From contig JAZRSV010000020.1 of assembly GCA_045651685.1 (NCBI GenBank), positions 4,449 to 68,448 on the forward strand: DNA of 64,000 nt, given 5' to 3'. The position numbers and the translations under genes are program-made. The notes beneath the pieces are model-generated. The model saw nothing but the letters and a program-made list of their open reading frames with translations, was not told the DNA's origin and searched no databases. Every line of letters begins with the position of its first letter. Within the stretch, counting starts at the first letter, position 1. Positions 35,534-44,818 of the stretch are shown one piece after another. This DNA comes from Clostridia bacterium. GTDB lineage: Bacteria; Bacillota; Clostridia; Christensenellales; UBA1242.

Positions 35534-37531
35534 ATGAAGATTTTATCACCTGCAGGCAATTTTGATAGTCTAAAAGCTGCTGTATACAACGGCGCTGATG
35601 AAGTTTATGTTGGCATAAACTCTTTTAACGCGCGCAATAATATTGATGGCTTTGACATAAACACTCTAAAAGATGCTGTTGTCTTTGCACACATCTTTGG
35701 AGTTAAAGTGCACCTTGCTATCAATATTTTGTTTGACAATACCGAAATAAAACAAGCACTAGACAATATAGTGACCGCTTATAATTATGGCGTAGATGCT
35801 TTTATCATACAAGACATTGGCCTTATTAGTTTGGTCAAACAACACTATCCAAACATACCAGTGCATGCTAGCACCCAGATGGGTCTACACAACTACGAAG
35901 GTATCAAAGCACTAGAAAAGTATAATATCGAAAGAGTTGTGCTTGCTAGAGAAACACCTTTTGACGAGGTAAAAAGAATAAACAACAACTCTAATGTTGA
36001 GTTAGAATATTTTGCCCAAGGCGCTTTGTGCGTTGCTTTTAGCGGCAACTGCTATTTGAGTTCTTACCTATGCGATGCAAGTGGCAATCGTGGCAAGTGC
36101 AAACAGCTTTGTAGACTAGCTTACACTTTGCAACACAACAACAAAAATATCAAAACTGGATATCTTTTGAGTGCAAAAGATTTTTGCATGATTGATAAAC
36201 TTGCCTTACTGCAACAATGCGGTATAGATGCAATAAAGATAGAAGGTAGAGCTCGTAGACCTTATTATGTAGCGACTACCACCAAACAATATTATAACGC
36301 AATCAATAATTTGCCATACGATATAGACCACATTAAGTTGGGTTTTAATAGAAATTATACCCACGGCTACTTTGACGGCAATGACAAAATAATATCTACT
36401 TACAACAACCATATTGGCATTTGTGTCGGCAAAATAACCAAAGTTGTTGGTGGCAAAACTTTTAGTGAAGTATATTTTAGTAGCAATAGGTTGTTAACAC
36501 CAAAGTCTACCTTTAAGTTATATGATCAAGACACAGAACGCTCTACTCTAACTGCTTACGACCTAAAGAGGGTTGACAACAATACATACAAACTTACTAC
36601 AACTCAAAAAGCATGTGTAGGCGACAATATACATCTTATATTGGATGCCGAGCTAGAACAACAAACTTTGCTCACTACCAAAAAGCGCAATATTGATATA
36701 ACACTATCTTTGCAAGTAGACAAACCAATACAAGCAACAGTAAATATCAATAATCAAACTTTGACAATAACTGGTGACATATGCGCCCCAGCTCAAAAAC
36801 AACCAATAACTCTCGAAGATTTGCAAAAAAACTTTAATAAGCACGAACTGTTTGTTGGCAATATAACTATAGACAAACTAGACAATGTCTTTATGCCAAA
36901 GCAACAACTAAACAATTTTAGGCGAGAAGTTTTTGATCAGATATATAGCACATTTTTATTGCCAGCTCACAACGAAAAACTTACAAGCATACAAAGCGGC
37001 TATAAGGCGAAGGTTTTTGACAACTTTGTTTTTGTGACAGATATTGAGCAAAACTTTGAAAAAGACAATGTTATTTATTCGCCAGAAGTTTATACTTTGC
37101 AAGATGTACAAGCTTTTGTCGATAAGTGCAAAACCCTTAACAAAACACCATATCTTGACACACCAAACTTTGCTTTGCAAAACGATATACAATTGTTAAA
37201 AGATATAATAGACAAAACTAATATTGCAATAGTTGCCAATAACTATTATGCCACTACTTTAACAGACAATTATATTGTAGGCGGCGGATTAAATATTTAT
37301 AACGACTACGCAGCAAGTGTTTATGACAAACCTGTTATATTTGCAGAAGGTGAGTTAAAACACAACTTTGCATATATGACATTAAGACATTGTCCATTAA
37401 AAAATCATTTGTGTGCAACTTGCGACAAATGCCCTTATGATGGCAATTATACCTATCGCATGGACAATGGCAAAATACTTAAGTTAAGACGCAAAAAGCT
37501 GTCTACATGCACATTTTATCTTGTTGACTAA
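35534..37531 (+). CDS. U32-family peptidase-like protein (long form)
   Basis: N-terminal GADEVYVG...FNAR, the E..R..Y block (IKIEGRARRPYY) and the Cys cluster (CYLSSYLCDASGNRGKCKQLC) are typical of U32. Confidence 0.82.
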   Translation: MKILSPAGNFDSLKAAVYNGADEVYVGINSFNARNNIDGFDINTLKDAVVFAHIFGVKVHLAINILFDNTEIKQALDNIVTAYNYGVDAFIIQDIGLISLVKQHYPNIPVHASTQMGLHNYEGIKALEKYNIERVVLARETPFDEVKRINNNSNVELEYFAQGALCVAFSGNCYLSSYLCDASGNRGKCKQLCRLAYTLQHNNKNIKTGYLLSAKDFCMIDKLALLQQCGIDAIKIEGRARRPYYVATTTKQYYNAINNLPYDIDHIKLGFNRNYTHGYFDGNDKIISTYNNHIGICVGKITKVVGGKTFSEVYFSSNRLLTPKSTFKLYDQDTERSTLTAYDLKRVDNNTYKLTTTQKACVGDNIHLILDAELEQQTLLTTKKRNIDITLSLQVDKPIQATVNINNQTLTITGDICAPAQKQPITLEDLQKNFNKHELFVGNITIDKLDNVFMPKQQLNNFRREVFDQIYSTFLLPAHNEKLTSIQSGYKAKVFDNFVFVTDIEQNFEKDNVIYSPEVYTLQDVQAFVDKCKTLNKTPYLDTPNFALQNDIQLLKDIIDKTNIAIVANNYYATTLTDNYIVGGGLNIYNDYAASVYDKPVIFAEGELKHNFAYMTLRHCPLKNHLCATCDKCPYDGNYTYRMDNGKILKLRRKKLSTCTFYLVD

Positions 37532-37554
37532 AAAGAAACTAAAAAAGGATTAAC

Positions 37555-38043
37555 ATGAACAAACTCGTACTACTATGTGGCAAACCAGGTTCTGGCAAGA
37601 CCACCATTGCAAAATTTTTACAACAAAACCACAGCTATATACATTTTAGCGCAGATGACTTTATGCTAAAGCTCTTTGGCGAAATAACCGACAGAAAAAT
37701 ATTTGACCAGAAGTTGCAAGCAACAAAAGATATGATATACTCTATTTGCGACCAGTTATTACCTAACAATAATGTAGTTTTAGATTTTGGCTTTTGGACT
37801 AAAAAAGAAAGGCAATCTATCATAAATCGCTTTACAGACAGTCAAGTCAAAATTGTCTATATCAAACTTGACGATGACGAAATCTACTCTCGAATACAAA
37901 ACAGAAACATCAACCTTCAGTCAAACGAATATTATATGGACAAAAACACCTATAACATCTTGGCCGGCAAGTTTGAAGAGCCGAGCACAGACGAAAACTA
38001 TATCATATACACAACCAATCAAGACTTAATAAAACAACTATAA
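37555..38043 (+). CDS. P-loop kinase/ATPase (AAA_33/zeta-like small kinase)
   Basis: Walker A: CGKPGSGKTT. Size 162 aa. Confidence 0.65.
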   Translation: MNKLVLLCGKPGSGKTTIAKFLQQNHSYIHFSADDFMLKLFGEITDRKIFDQKLQATKDMIYSICDQLLPNNNVVLDFGFWTKKERQSIINRFTDSQVKIVYIKLDDDEIYSRIQNRNINLQSNEYYMDKNTYNILAGKFEEPSTDENYIIYTTNQDLIKQL

Positions 38044-38077
38044 TACAACAAAAAAAGAGCTATTTTAGGCTCTTTTT

Positions 38078-38236
38078 TTAATTTATATCGTATTGTCCAA
38101 TACCCTTTCGACTAACTCGAAAATTTTGATTAAACCACATTTCTAAATCGGAATCAAATTTACCAAAAAAATCACAACAAGAAAAAGTAAAACATATAAT
38201 TAATACCATCAAAAAGACTTTTTTATTTTCATACAA
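38078..38236 (-). CDS. Possible small (52-aa) lipoprotein/secreted peptide ORF, TTG start
   Basis: My own translation: (M)YENKKVFLMVLIICFTFSCCDFFGKFDSDLEMWFNQNFRVSRKGIGQYDIN. It has a signal-like n/h region and an FSC lipobox. It falls below the ORF-track cutoff. The RBS is weak, so the call is very uncertain. Confidence 0.2.
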   Translation of the reverse strand: MYENKKVFLMVLIICFTFSCCDFFGKFDSDLEMWFNQNFRVSRKGIGQYDIN

Positions 38237-38271
38237 ACATTATTCCATCAGTTTGTGATATATACTAAATT

Positions 38272-38477
38272 ATGGAATTAACAAAACAAATTGGTCAAAA
38301 TATCAAAACGGCAAGAAAACTCAAAAGATTAACTCAAAAACAAGTCGCCGATATTTTTATATGACTCGACAACAATATAGCAGGTTTGAAAATGGAATCT
38401 TTGAATTAAACTACAAACAAATAATAGACATCTGCTGTTTGTTAGATATAACCCCTAACAAATTATTTGAACTATAA
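38272..38477 (+). pseudogene. Frameshifted XRE-family HTH regulator (~68 aa if intact)
   Basis: Frame 1 gives MELTKQIGQNIKTARKLKRLTQKQVADIFI and stops at 38362. Another frame continues MTRQQYSRFENGIFELNYKQIIDICCLLDITPNKLFEL. The break lies at a T5 run (38354-38358), and T6 would restore one ORF. Confidence 0.6.
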
Positions 38478-38511
38478 AAGACTTAAACCCTAGTGGTTTA
38501 AGTCTTTTTTC
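38477..38511. terminator. Bidirectional terminator
   Basis: AGACTTAAACC (38479-89) pairs with GGTTTAAGTCT (38495-505), followed by a T-run. Confidence 0.8.
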
Positions 38512-38516
38512 ATTTT

Positions 38517-40088
38517 TCAAAGATTGTTATATATACTTTCGGCGACTTTGATGCCGTCTTGCGCACTTGACATAATGCCGCCTGCATAACCTGCACCTTC
38601 GCCTACTGGATAAAGGCCTTTTAGGCTGCTCTCATAATTGTCATCTCTAACAATAGTAAGTGGACAGCTAGATCTTGACTCGATAGCTATAAGCAAGTTG
38701 GTATCTTTGGCAAAGTTTTTTAACTTTTGATTAAGTATTGGTAGAGCTAGCTTTAGGCTCTCGGCAACAAAATCAGGCATACATTTTTTAATCTTGCACA
38801 AGGTGATATCTGGTCTATAACTATAATTAATATCAGTAGATATACCTTTATCTTTTACAAAACTACCTACACTTTCTGCAGGGGCGCTATAATTGCCGCC
38901 GCCTACTTCAAAAGCTAATTTTTCGTACTTTGACTGAAAGTATACACCGGCCAAAGGATGATCGCTACCATAGTCTTCTGGCACGACATTGACAAGCACT
39001 GCACTATTGGCATTTTCGTCATTACGAGCAAAGTTGCTCATACCGTTGGTGACTATTGTATTTTCTTCGCTACTTGATGCAACAACTTGTCCGCCAGGGC
39101 ACATACAAAAAGTAAATACAGATCTACCGTTTGGCAAGTGTGCCACTAGCTTATAGTCGGCGTTTGGCAAACCTCCTATTTTTTCTGCACCGTATTGAGC
39201 TAGGTTGATATCAGATTGTTTTTGCTCTATTCTTACACCCATGGCAAAAGGTTTTTGTTGTAAGTGTACACCTTTGTTATTAAGTAGCTCAAAGGTATCT
39301 CTAGCGCTATGTCCTACACACAACAAAACATCTTGAGTGTCTATAGTATCAACAGTATTGTCGACAACATTTTTTACTGTTATTTGTTGCAATTTATTGT
39401 TTTTGATATTGATATCAACAAGTTTAGTATTAAACAAAAATGTACCACCAAGCTCTTTGATATGCTCTCTAATATTTTTTACAACATTTTTTAATTTGTC
39501 ACTACCTATGTGTGGCTTGTTGATATATGTTATCTCACTAGGTGCGCCAAACTTATGTAGTTCGTTAATAACTATTTTGCAGTATTCGTTGTTAAGATTG
39601 GTGTTGAGCTTACCATCACTAAATGTACCAGCGCCACCTTCACCAAATTGAACATTAGAATATTGATTAAGCTTGCGATTGGTCCAAAACTCTATGACAT
39701 CTTTTTCTCTCTCGTCTACAGGCTTGCCTTGCTCTATAATGATAGGTTTTAGTCCCATACGAGCAAGAGATAATGCGGCAAACATGCCACTAGGGCCAAA
39801 ACCTACTACAACAAACTTTTTGTCAGTTGTTTTTGGGGTATATTGCAAAAGTTTTGTCACTTTGGTATATTGCAAATTTTTGTATTTGCTTTCGGCATTG
39901 TTTTTTAATACAACACCTATCGAAGCAATGTATTTTATATTAGGTTTTTTGCGAGCATCAATAGATAGTTTTAGTATCTCGCATTTTTGCACTATGTCTT
40001 TGTTTATTTTTAGAGTTTTGCACACTTGTTGCAAAATGTCTTTATCATCAAATATAACAGGTAGTGATATTTGGTCAAGTTTTAACAT
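38517..40088 (-). CDS. FAD-dependent oxidoreductase (COG2509-like)
   Basis: Dinucleotide-binding motif VVVGFGPSGMFAAL. Start moved to the ATG at 40088 (MLKLDQ) after an AGGAGA SD. It overlaps the upstream gene by 7 nt. Confidence 0.78.
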   Translation of the reverse strand: MLKLDQISLPVIFDDKDILQQVCKTLKINKDIVQKCEILKLSIDARKKPNIKYIASIGVVLKNNAESKYKNLQYTKVTKLLQYTPKTTDKKFVVVGFGPSGMFAALSLARMGLKPIIIEQGKPVDEREKDVIEFWTNRKLNQYSNVQFGEGGAGTFSDGKLNTNLNNEYCKIVINELHKFGAPSEITYINKPHIGSDKLKNVVKNIREHIKELGGTFLFNTKLVDINIKNNKLQQITVKNVVDNTVDTIDTQDVLLCVGHSARDTFELLNNKGVHLQQKPFAMGVRIEQKQSDINLAQYGAEKIGGLPNADYKLVAHLPNGRSVFTFCMCPGGQVVASSSEENTIVTNGMSNFARNDENANSAVLVNVVPEDYGSDHPLAGVYFQSKYEKLAFEVGGGNYSAPAESVGSFVKDKGISTDINYSYRPDITLCKIKKCMPDFVAESLKLALPILNQKLKNFAKDTNLLIAIESRSSCPLTIVRDDNYESSLKGLYPVGEGAGYAGGIMSSAQDGIKVAESIYNNL

Positions 40089-41227
40089 AAGCTTTCTCCT
40101 ACGATATGGCCACTTGTCCATGCCCATTGCAAGTTGTATCCACCACACACCCCATCAACATCGCAAACCTCGCCTACAAAATAAAGGTTTTTGATAGTTT
40201 TGCTCATAAGGTTGTCATCAAGACTATCAAGCATCACACCACCACTATATACTTGGTTGTTATCATAATATCCGTTTACTTTGTATTGCAAGTTTTTGAT
40301 AGTATTTGCAAGGTTTGATATTTCTTGTTCGGTTAGTTTGTTTGTAGGTTTGTTAGTGTTAGTTTTTGCTTGCCAAAATATCTCGTTAGCAAGAGCATTA
40401 TTAAACATACCTACAAACATCTTGTCAACTGCCACATTTAGTTTGGTGCGTTGTTTTAGTTTTTCGATTAGCTTCTCTATAGACCATTTTGGCAACAAGT
40501 CTATATTTACTAACCCTGTATAGTTGTTTTGTCTAGCAAACATAGCAGACAAATTAAACACAACTATACCACTTATACCAGCATCCTTAAAAATCACTTC
40601 GCCTAGTTCGCTGCATGATTGGTTGTTTGCTTTTACAGTCACTTGCACATCAGAAACTTTTACACCGTTTAGGTCTTTTAGACCTTCGCACTTTAGCGCA
40701 ACAAGACTAGGTACAAAAGGCTTTGTCTTAATATCTAAATTTTTCAAAACTTGCATCATGGTGTTGCCACCTGTTGCAACAACCACATTGCTAGCAAAAA
40801 ACTTTTCTTGTTCGGTCTCTACTACAAAACCATTGTCTTTTTGCTCTATATTGATCACTGTTTGGCCAAGGTACATGTCTGCTTTTTCTTGCAACTTATT
40901 TACAACAACATCTTGTACAGACTTTGCTTGATTAGATAAAGGATAAATTCTACCCTCATCATCAGAGACTGTCTCTAGGCCTAGCTTTTCAAAAAAGTTA
41001 AGGGTGTCTTTTACGCCAAATTTGTTAAAATATTTGTCTAAATTTTGATTATAAAAATCAGAAGAAATATTGGCATTAGTTAAGTTGCATCTACCGTTGC
41101 CGGTGACCAAAATTTTCTTAAAAGGTTTTGTCGCTGTGTCAATAATTGCGGTTTTGCCATTAGTAGACAAAGCGCACATACTACCTGCAGCGCCACAACC
41201 TATAATGATAGTTTTATAATTTTTCAT
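40082..41227 (-). CDS. HI0933/BaiN-family NAD(FAD)-utilising flavoprotein
   Basis: IIIGCGAAGSMCAL Rossmann motif. C-terminal FVGEVCDVDGVCGGYNLQWAWTSG signature. Start at the ATG at 41227. Confidence 0.8.
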   Translation of the reverse strand: MKNYKTIIIGCGAAGSMCALSTNGKTAIIDTATKPFKKILVTGNGRCNLTNANISSDFYNQNLDKYFNKFGVKDTLNFFEKLGLETVSDDEGRIYPLSNQAKSVQDVVVNKLQEKADMYLGQTVINIEQKDNGFVVETEQEKFFASNVVVATGGNTMMQVLKNLDIKTKPFVPSLVALKCEGLKDLNGVKVSDVQVTVKANNQSCSELGEVIFKDAGISGIVVFNLSAMFARQNNYTGLVNIDLLPKWSIEKLIEKLKQRTKLNVAVDKMFVGMFNNALANEIFWQAKTNTNKPTNKLTEQEISNLANTIKNLQYKVNGYYDNNQVYSGGVMLDSLDDNLMSKTIKNLYFVGEVCDVDGVCGGYNLQWAWTSGHIVGESLC

Positions 41228-41356
41228 AAAAGACTCCGTTATTATTATTTCTTTTTGATTATAACACAATATATTACAAATTTCAAAACCTACTTTATTA
41301 TGTTATAAAAAATAAATTGCAAATAAAAAACCTTACCAAAAAAGGTAAGGCTTTGT

Positions 41357-42493
41357 TTACCACAACATTAGTGACAAATAACTTAACGGTACTAATATAA
41401 TAGCACCTACCACATTAAACAAAGTGTCTAGTCCGATATAAAACCAAACACCATGCTTTTTGTCTAGTTTTTCTTTTTTGACAACTTTGATATATTCTTT
41501 AAGAGCAATAACGCCCGACAAAGAAGAAAATATTATACCAAGACTTGCTACATTGACAGATACAAGTAGTGGCGCATAGTTGTTGGTGAACTTTGACAAA
41601 AGCACTGCTGTTGGCACATTGGATATTAGCTGACAACTAAAATAAGCTGTTATAAATGTATGATCATTAATAAACGACTCCATAACATTGATAATGGCTG
41701 GTATGCGAGAAAGGTTGCCAGAAAATATAAAAAACGCAACGAAAGTTAGTGGTATTGTATAGTCGACAAGTAAAAAAGCTTTTATGTCAGATGCAAGCAT
41801 AGTACCAATAACTACAATGGTTGCAACCCACCAAGGGATAATGCCAAGTACTACCAAAATAGTGACTACAAACAAACAACCATAAATAATTGCCTTTGGT
41901 ATGCTAAATTTTGTTTCTTCTTCGTCATTATATTCTAGTGGAGTTTTTTTGACAAACAAGCAAACTACAATTATTAGTACCAAAGCTATTAGTGTAGGTA
42001 TTAACATTATTTTGAAAAACTCTAACAAACCCATATCATAAAAAGAATATATGTATAAATTTTGTGGGTTGCCAATAGGTGTTATCATACCACCTAAGTT
42101 GCTTGCTATGTTTTGCATAACAAAAGTAAATGCTACATATCTGATATTGTTAGTGTATTTTAGTACAATATATGCAAGAGGCAAAAATGTAAGCAAAGAC
42201 ATGTCGTTGGCATTAACCAAAGCAGACACATATGTGATAAAAATAAGGCACATAATAATACTGCGAGTTGTCTTAAATTTTTTTACTAACCACCTTGCAA
42301 CCTTTTGAAAAAACTGTATATTAGAAAACCCCGCAATAACAAGTAGCAATAGCGTGATACAAGCAATAGTATCAACATCAAAATATCCTAAATATTCTTT
42401 GTCGATAGGGACAAAAAAACAAGAAATAATTGCTGCTATTATAGCAACGGTAAAAATAAAATTTGTCTTAAAAAACAATAAAATCTTTTTCAT
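41357..42493 (-). CDS. Ion/anion permease (ArsB/NhaD/CitMHS-like fold)
   Basis: 378 aa with ~10 TM. The assignment is by overall architecture only. Confidence 0.5.
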   Translation of the reverse strand: MKKILLFFKTNFIFTVAIIAAIISCFFVPIDKEYLGYFDVDTIACITLLLLVIAGFSNIQFFQKVARWLVKKFKTTRSIIMCLIFITYVSALVNANDMSLLTFLPLAYIVLKYTNNIRYVAFTFVMQNIASNLGGMITPIGNPQNLYIYSFYDMGLLEFFKIMLIPTLIALVLIIVVCLFVKKTPLEYNDEEETKFSIPKAIIYGCLFVVTILVVLGIIPWWVATIVVIGTMLASDIKAFLLVDYTIPLTFVAFFIFSGNLSRIPAIINVMESFINDHTFITAYFSCQLISNVPTAVLLSKFTNNYAPLLVSVNVASLGIIFSSLSGVIALKEYIKVVKKEKLDKKHGVWFYIGLDTLFNVVGAIILVPLSYLSLMLW

Positions 42494-42689
42494 AAAAAAT
42501 ATAACCTTTGTATGTTTGCAAAAATCGCATTTGGTCTTTGCATCAAAAAACTACTTTATTATACAAAAACACAATTTTTTTATCAACGAAAAATACCATA
42601 ATAATACTTTAATAATGTTTTTTATAATTTGACAAAAATATCGCACATGCTATACTTGAGTTATATTATTAACAAAGGACAAAGCAAGC

Positions 42690-43508
42690 GTGACAAATAC
42701 TAAACAAGACTTAACAAAACTAAAAAACAAAAAATTGTTTTTGTTTGATATTGATGGCGTTATTAGAGTTGGTGATATCATATTAGACGGTGCCAAGCAA
42801 TTGGTAGAATATATTAATCAAACCGGTGGCAAATCAATTTTTATAACCAACAACTCTACCAAAAACTGTAATAGTTATGTACAATACTTTAGAGACTTTG
42901 GCTTTGATGTAGATGAGAGCAACTTTTTTACAGCTCTATCTGTGACTGTAAAATATTTGTTATCACATCACAAGCAAGACAAAATTTTTGTACTTGGCAC
43001 AAAATCACTTGTTGACGAGCTTGTAGCAAATGGTCTTAACATAACAACTATGGTAGAAGATCATATTGATGTAGTTTTGGTCGCTTATGATAACGAATTA
43101 ACTTATCAAAAACTATCTGATGTATGCAAGGTATTGCAAACACAACAAACAACTTATCTTGCAACAAATATTGACAACTGCTGCCCTATTGATTTTGGCT
43201 TTGTGCCTGATTGTGGATCTATAGTTGATATGATCTATGGTTCTACCAAACAAAAACCAAAGTTTTTGGGCAAGCCTAATCCTGACATGGTAAATGCTGC
43301 AATTGCTAGCACCAACTTTACTCAAGAACAAACTATTGTTGTTGGCGATAGATTATATACTGACATTGCTTGTGGTATTAATGCTGGAGTTGATACTTGT
43401 ACAGTCTTTACCGGAGAAGTAAAACCTGCAGACTTGCAAAATACAGAGTATATGCCTACTTATCAATTTGACAACATTATGCAACTATATCTTGCTTATA
43501 AAGAATAA
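42690..43508 (+). CDS. HAD-IIA (NagD-like) sugar phosphatase
   Basis: LFDIDGVI, FITNNS, VGDRLYTDI. GTG start after AAGGA. Confidence 0.78.
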   Translation: MTNTKQDLTKLKNKKLFLFDIDGVIRVGDIILDGAKQLVEYINQTGGKSIFITNNSTKNCNSYVQYFRDFGFDVDESNFFTALSVTVKYLLSHHKQDKIFVLGTKSLVDELVANGLNITTMVEDHIDVVLVAYDNELTYQKLSDVCKVLQTQQTTYLATNIDNCCPIDFGFVPDCGSIVDMIYGSTKQKPKFLGKPNPDMVNAAIASTNFTQEQTIVVGDRLYTDIACGINAGVDTCTVFTGEVKPADLQNTEYMPTYQFDNIMQLYLAYKE

Positions 43509-43551
43509 TAAAAAAAACTTATTAGATTGCTTCTAATAAGTTTTTATTTTT

Positions 43552-44223
43552 TTAGTCTATTTTGCAAATTGTATACGCATTGCCAAAAATCTCAACCTTG
43601 TCAGTCACCACTATACAAGCATCTACTGCAAGACCTACTATATCAGTCTTAAGCTCTTGACAAAACTTTTTAATTTCTTTAATACGATTTTGCGTATACA
43701 AGCTATCATCAAGCTCAAAGTTTGGCTCGATTGTTGCAGAAACTCTCTTTAGCCCAAGATAGCTCAAAGCTTGCTTAAAATCATCATCGGTGGTTATTAT
43801 TGAGTGTGTTGACAAGTTTATTGCACCAGCACACATGCCGATGACAACTCCTTCGTACTTTTCTAAAGTTTGTTCTAGGGCAAAGTCTTTAATTATTTTG
43901 CGTTGTGTCAAAGGATTGCCACCCATCAAAAAGTAAACCCTATCATTGGCTGCAAAGTTATCAAAGTCATTTTTGTCTGTTGTGTCGGTTAACTCGATGC
44001 TTGAGGTAAATTTTATACCCAACTTTTCAAAACAAGACAACATTGTCTGATAATAATTTTTGTCATTGTTAAGACCAGGAGCATTGATAAAAACCAAGTT
44101 GCTACCGCTTGTTATATATTTTTTAAGTTGAGCTGCAGTGTTTTCATTAAAACTACAAACATCTTTGCTATTTTCGGCATATATATTGCCGTTTACATTG
44201 CTAAATAATATAGTTGTTTTCAT
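43552..44223 (-). CDS. Peptidase S51 / type-1 glutamine-amidotransferase-like protein
   Basis: FLMGGNPLTQ and GMCAGA nucleophile-elbow-like motifs. Confidence 0.55.
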   Translation of the reverse strand: MKTTILFSNVNGNIYAENSKDVCSFNENTAAQLKKYITSGSNLVFINAPGLNNDKNYYQTMLSCFEKLGIKFTSSIELTDTTDKNDFDNFAANDRVYFLMGGNPLTQRKIIKDFALEQTLEKYEGVVIGMCAGAINLSTHSIITTDDDFKQALSYLGLKRVSATIEPNFELDDSLYTQNRIKEIKKFCQELKTDIVGLAVDACIVVTDKVEIFGNAYTICKID

Positions 44224-44355
44224 GATTAATCCTTTAATGATATATTTTTCTTTATTAGTATATCACAAATAATACTTGTAAAAAATGTTTTTTCAAAAAT
44301 TAATTAAAAAATATTCTTCACAAACAAAAAAAGAGAGCAAAAGCTCTCTTTTTTG

Positions 44356-44670
44356 TTAAGCGGCAGGACCTCGTGGCAAAGTAAGATTAAGCACAAAGTT
44401 TGGAGCTGTGCCTGTTATACTTGCACTCGCAGCACTGCCTGGTGCCCCTGTTGTCACTGTGCCGATAGTTAAGGTTGGGGTTAAACCATCTTCGCCTGCT
44501 GGGCCTTGTGGACCGGCAGGACCTGTTGGGCCTTGTGGGCCGGTAGGACCTGTTGGGCCAGCTGGACCTTGTGGACCGATAGGACCAATCGGGCCTTGCG
44601 GGCCCACTACCGAAATAGTATGCCACCCCTGATTGCGATTGCAACAACAATTATTGCTATAAAACATCAA
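44356..44670 (-). CDS. Miniature collagen-like (GXY triple-helix repeat) protein
   Basis: 13 uninterrupted GXY triplets ([39 protein letters not shown]). Cys-rich N-terminus (NNCCCN). Short tail [42 protein letters not shown]. Confidence 0.75.
   Translation of the reverse strand: MMFYSNNCCCNRNQGWHTISVVGPQGPIGPIGPQGPAGPTGPTGPQGPTGPAGPQGPAGEDGLTPTLTIGTVTTGAPGSAASASITGTAPNFVLNLTLPRGPAA
44488..44604 (-). repeat. GXY-encoding triplet repeat (GC-rich island)
   Basis: The 9-nt periodic GGNCCN... block gives open frames in several registers on both strands. Confidence 0.85.
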
Positions 44671-44818
44671 AAATACTCCTTTTTTTTTAAGGCAAAGTCT
44701 ACTACATAATATGTGTCAAAACCCCCGTGTGTGCTTGCCAAAAGGCACCCCTATTGACAATTGGGCCAATCAATGATAAAATATAGTTGTTATCAAAAAG
44801 GAGATAATACGATATAGA

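Noticed and set aside
39673-40931. Several 60-173-aa plus-strand ORFs antisense to the two FAD oxidoreductase genes. Similar antisense ORFs lie inside hsdS, the 1600-aa gene, the RT gene and the 2372-aa gene
   Set aside because: They lie wholly inside well-supported genes on the opposite strand, lack SDs and have low-complexity composition. They are typical shadow ORFs.
44683-44691. T9/A9 homopolymer just upstream of the collagen-like gene SD as a phase-variation tract
   Set aside because: It lies in the untranslated leader rather than in a promoter spacer or coding region, and I could not define the promoter. There is not enough evidence for a switch.
44387-44709. Three extra ORFs (87, 74 and 67 aa) overlapping the collagen-like gene on both strands
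   Set aside because: They are artefacts of the GC-rich GGNCCN triplet repeat, which is stop-free in several registers. Only the GXY frame has an SD, a start and a sensible N- and C-terminus.
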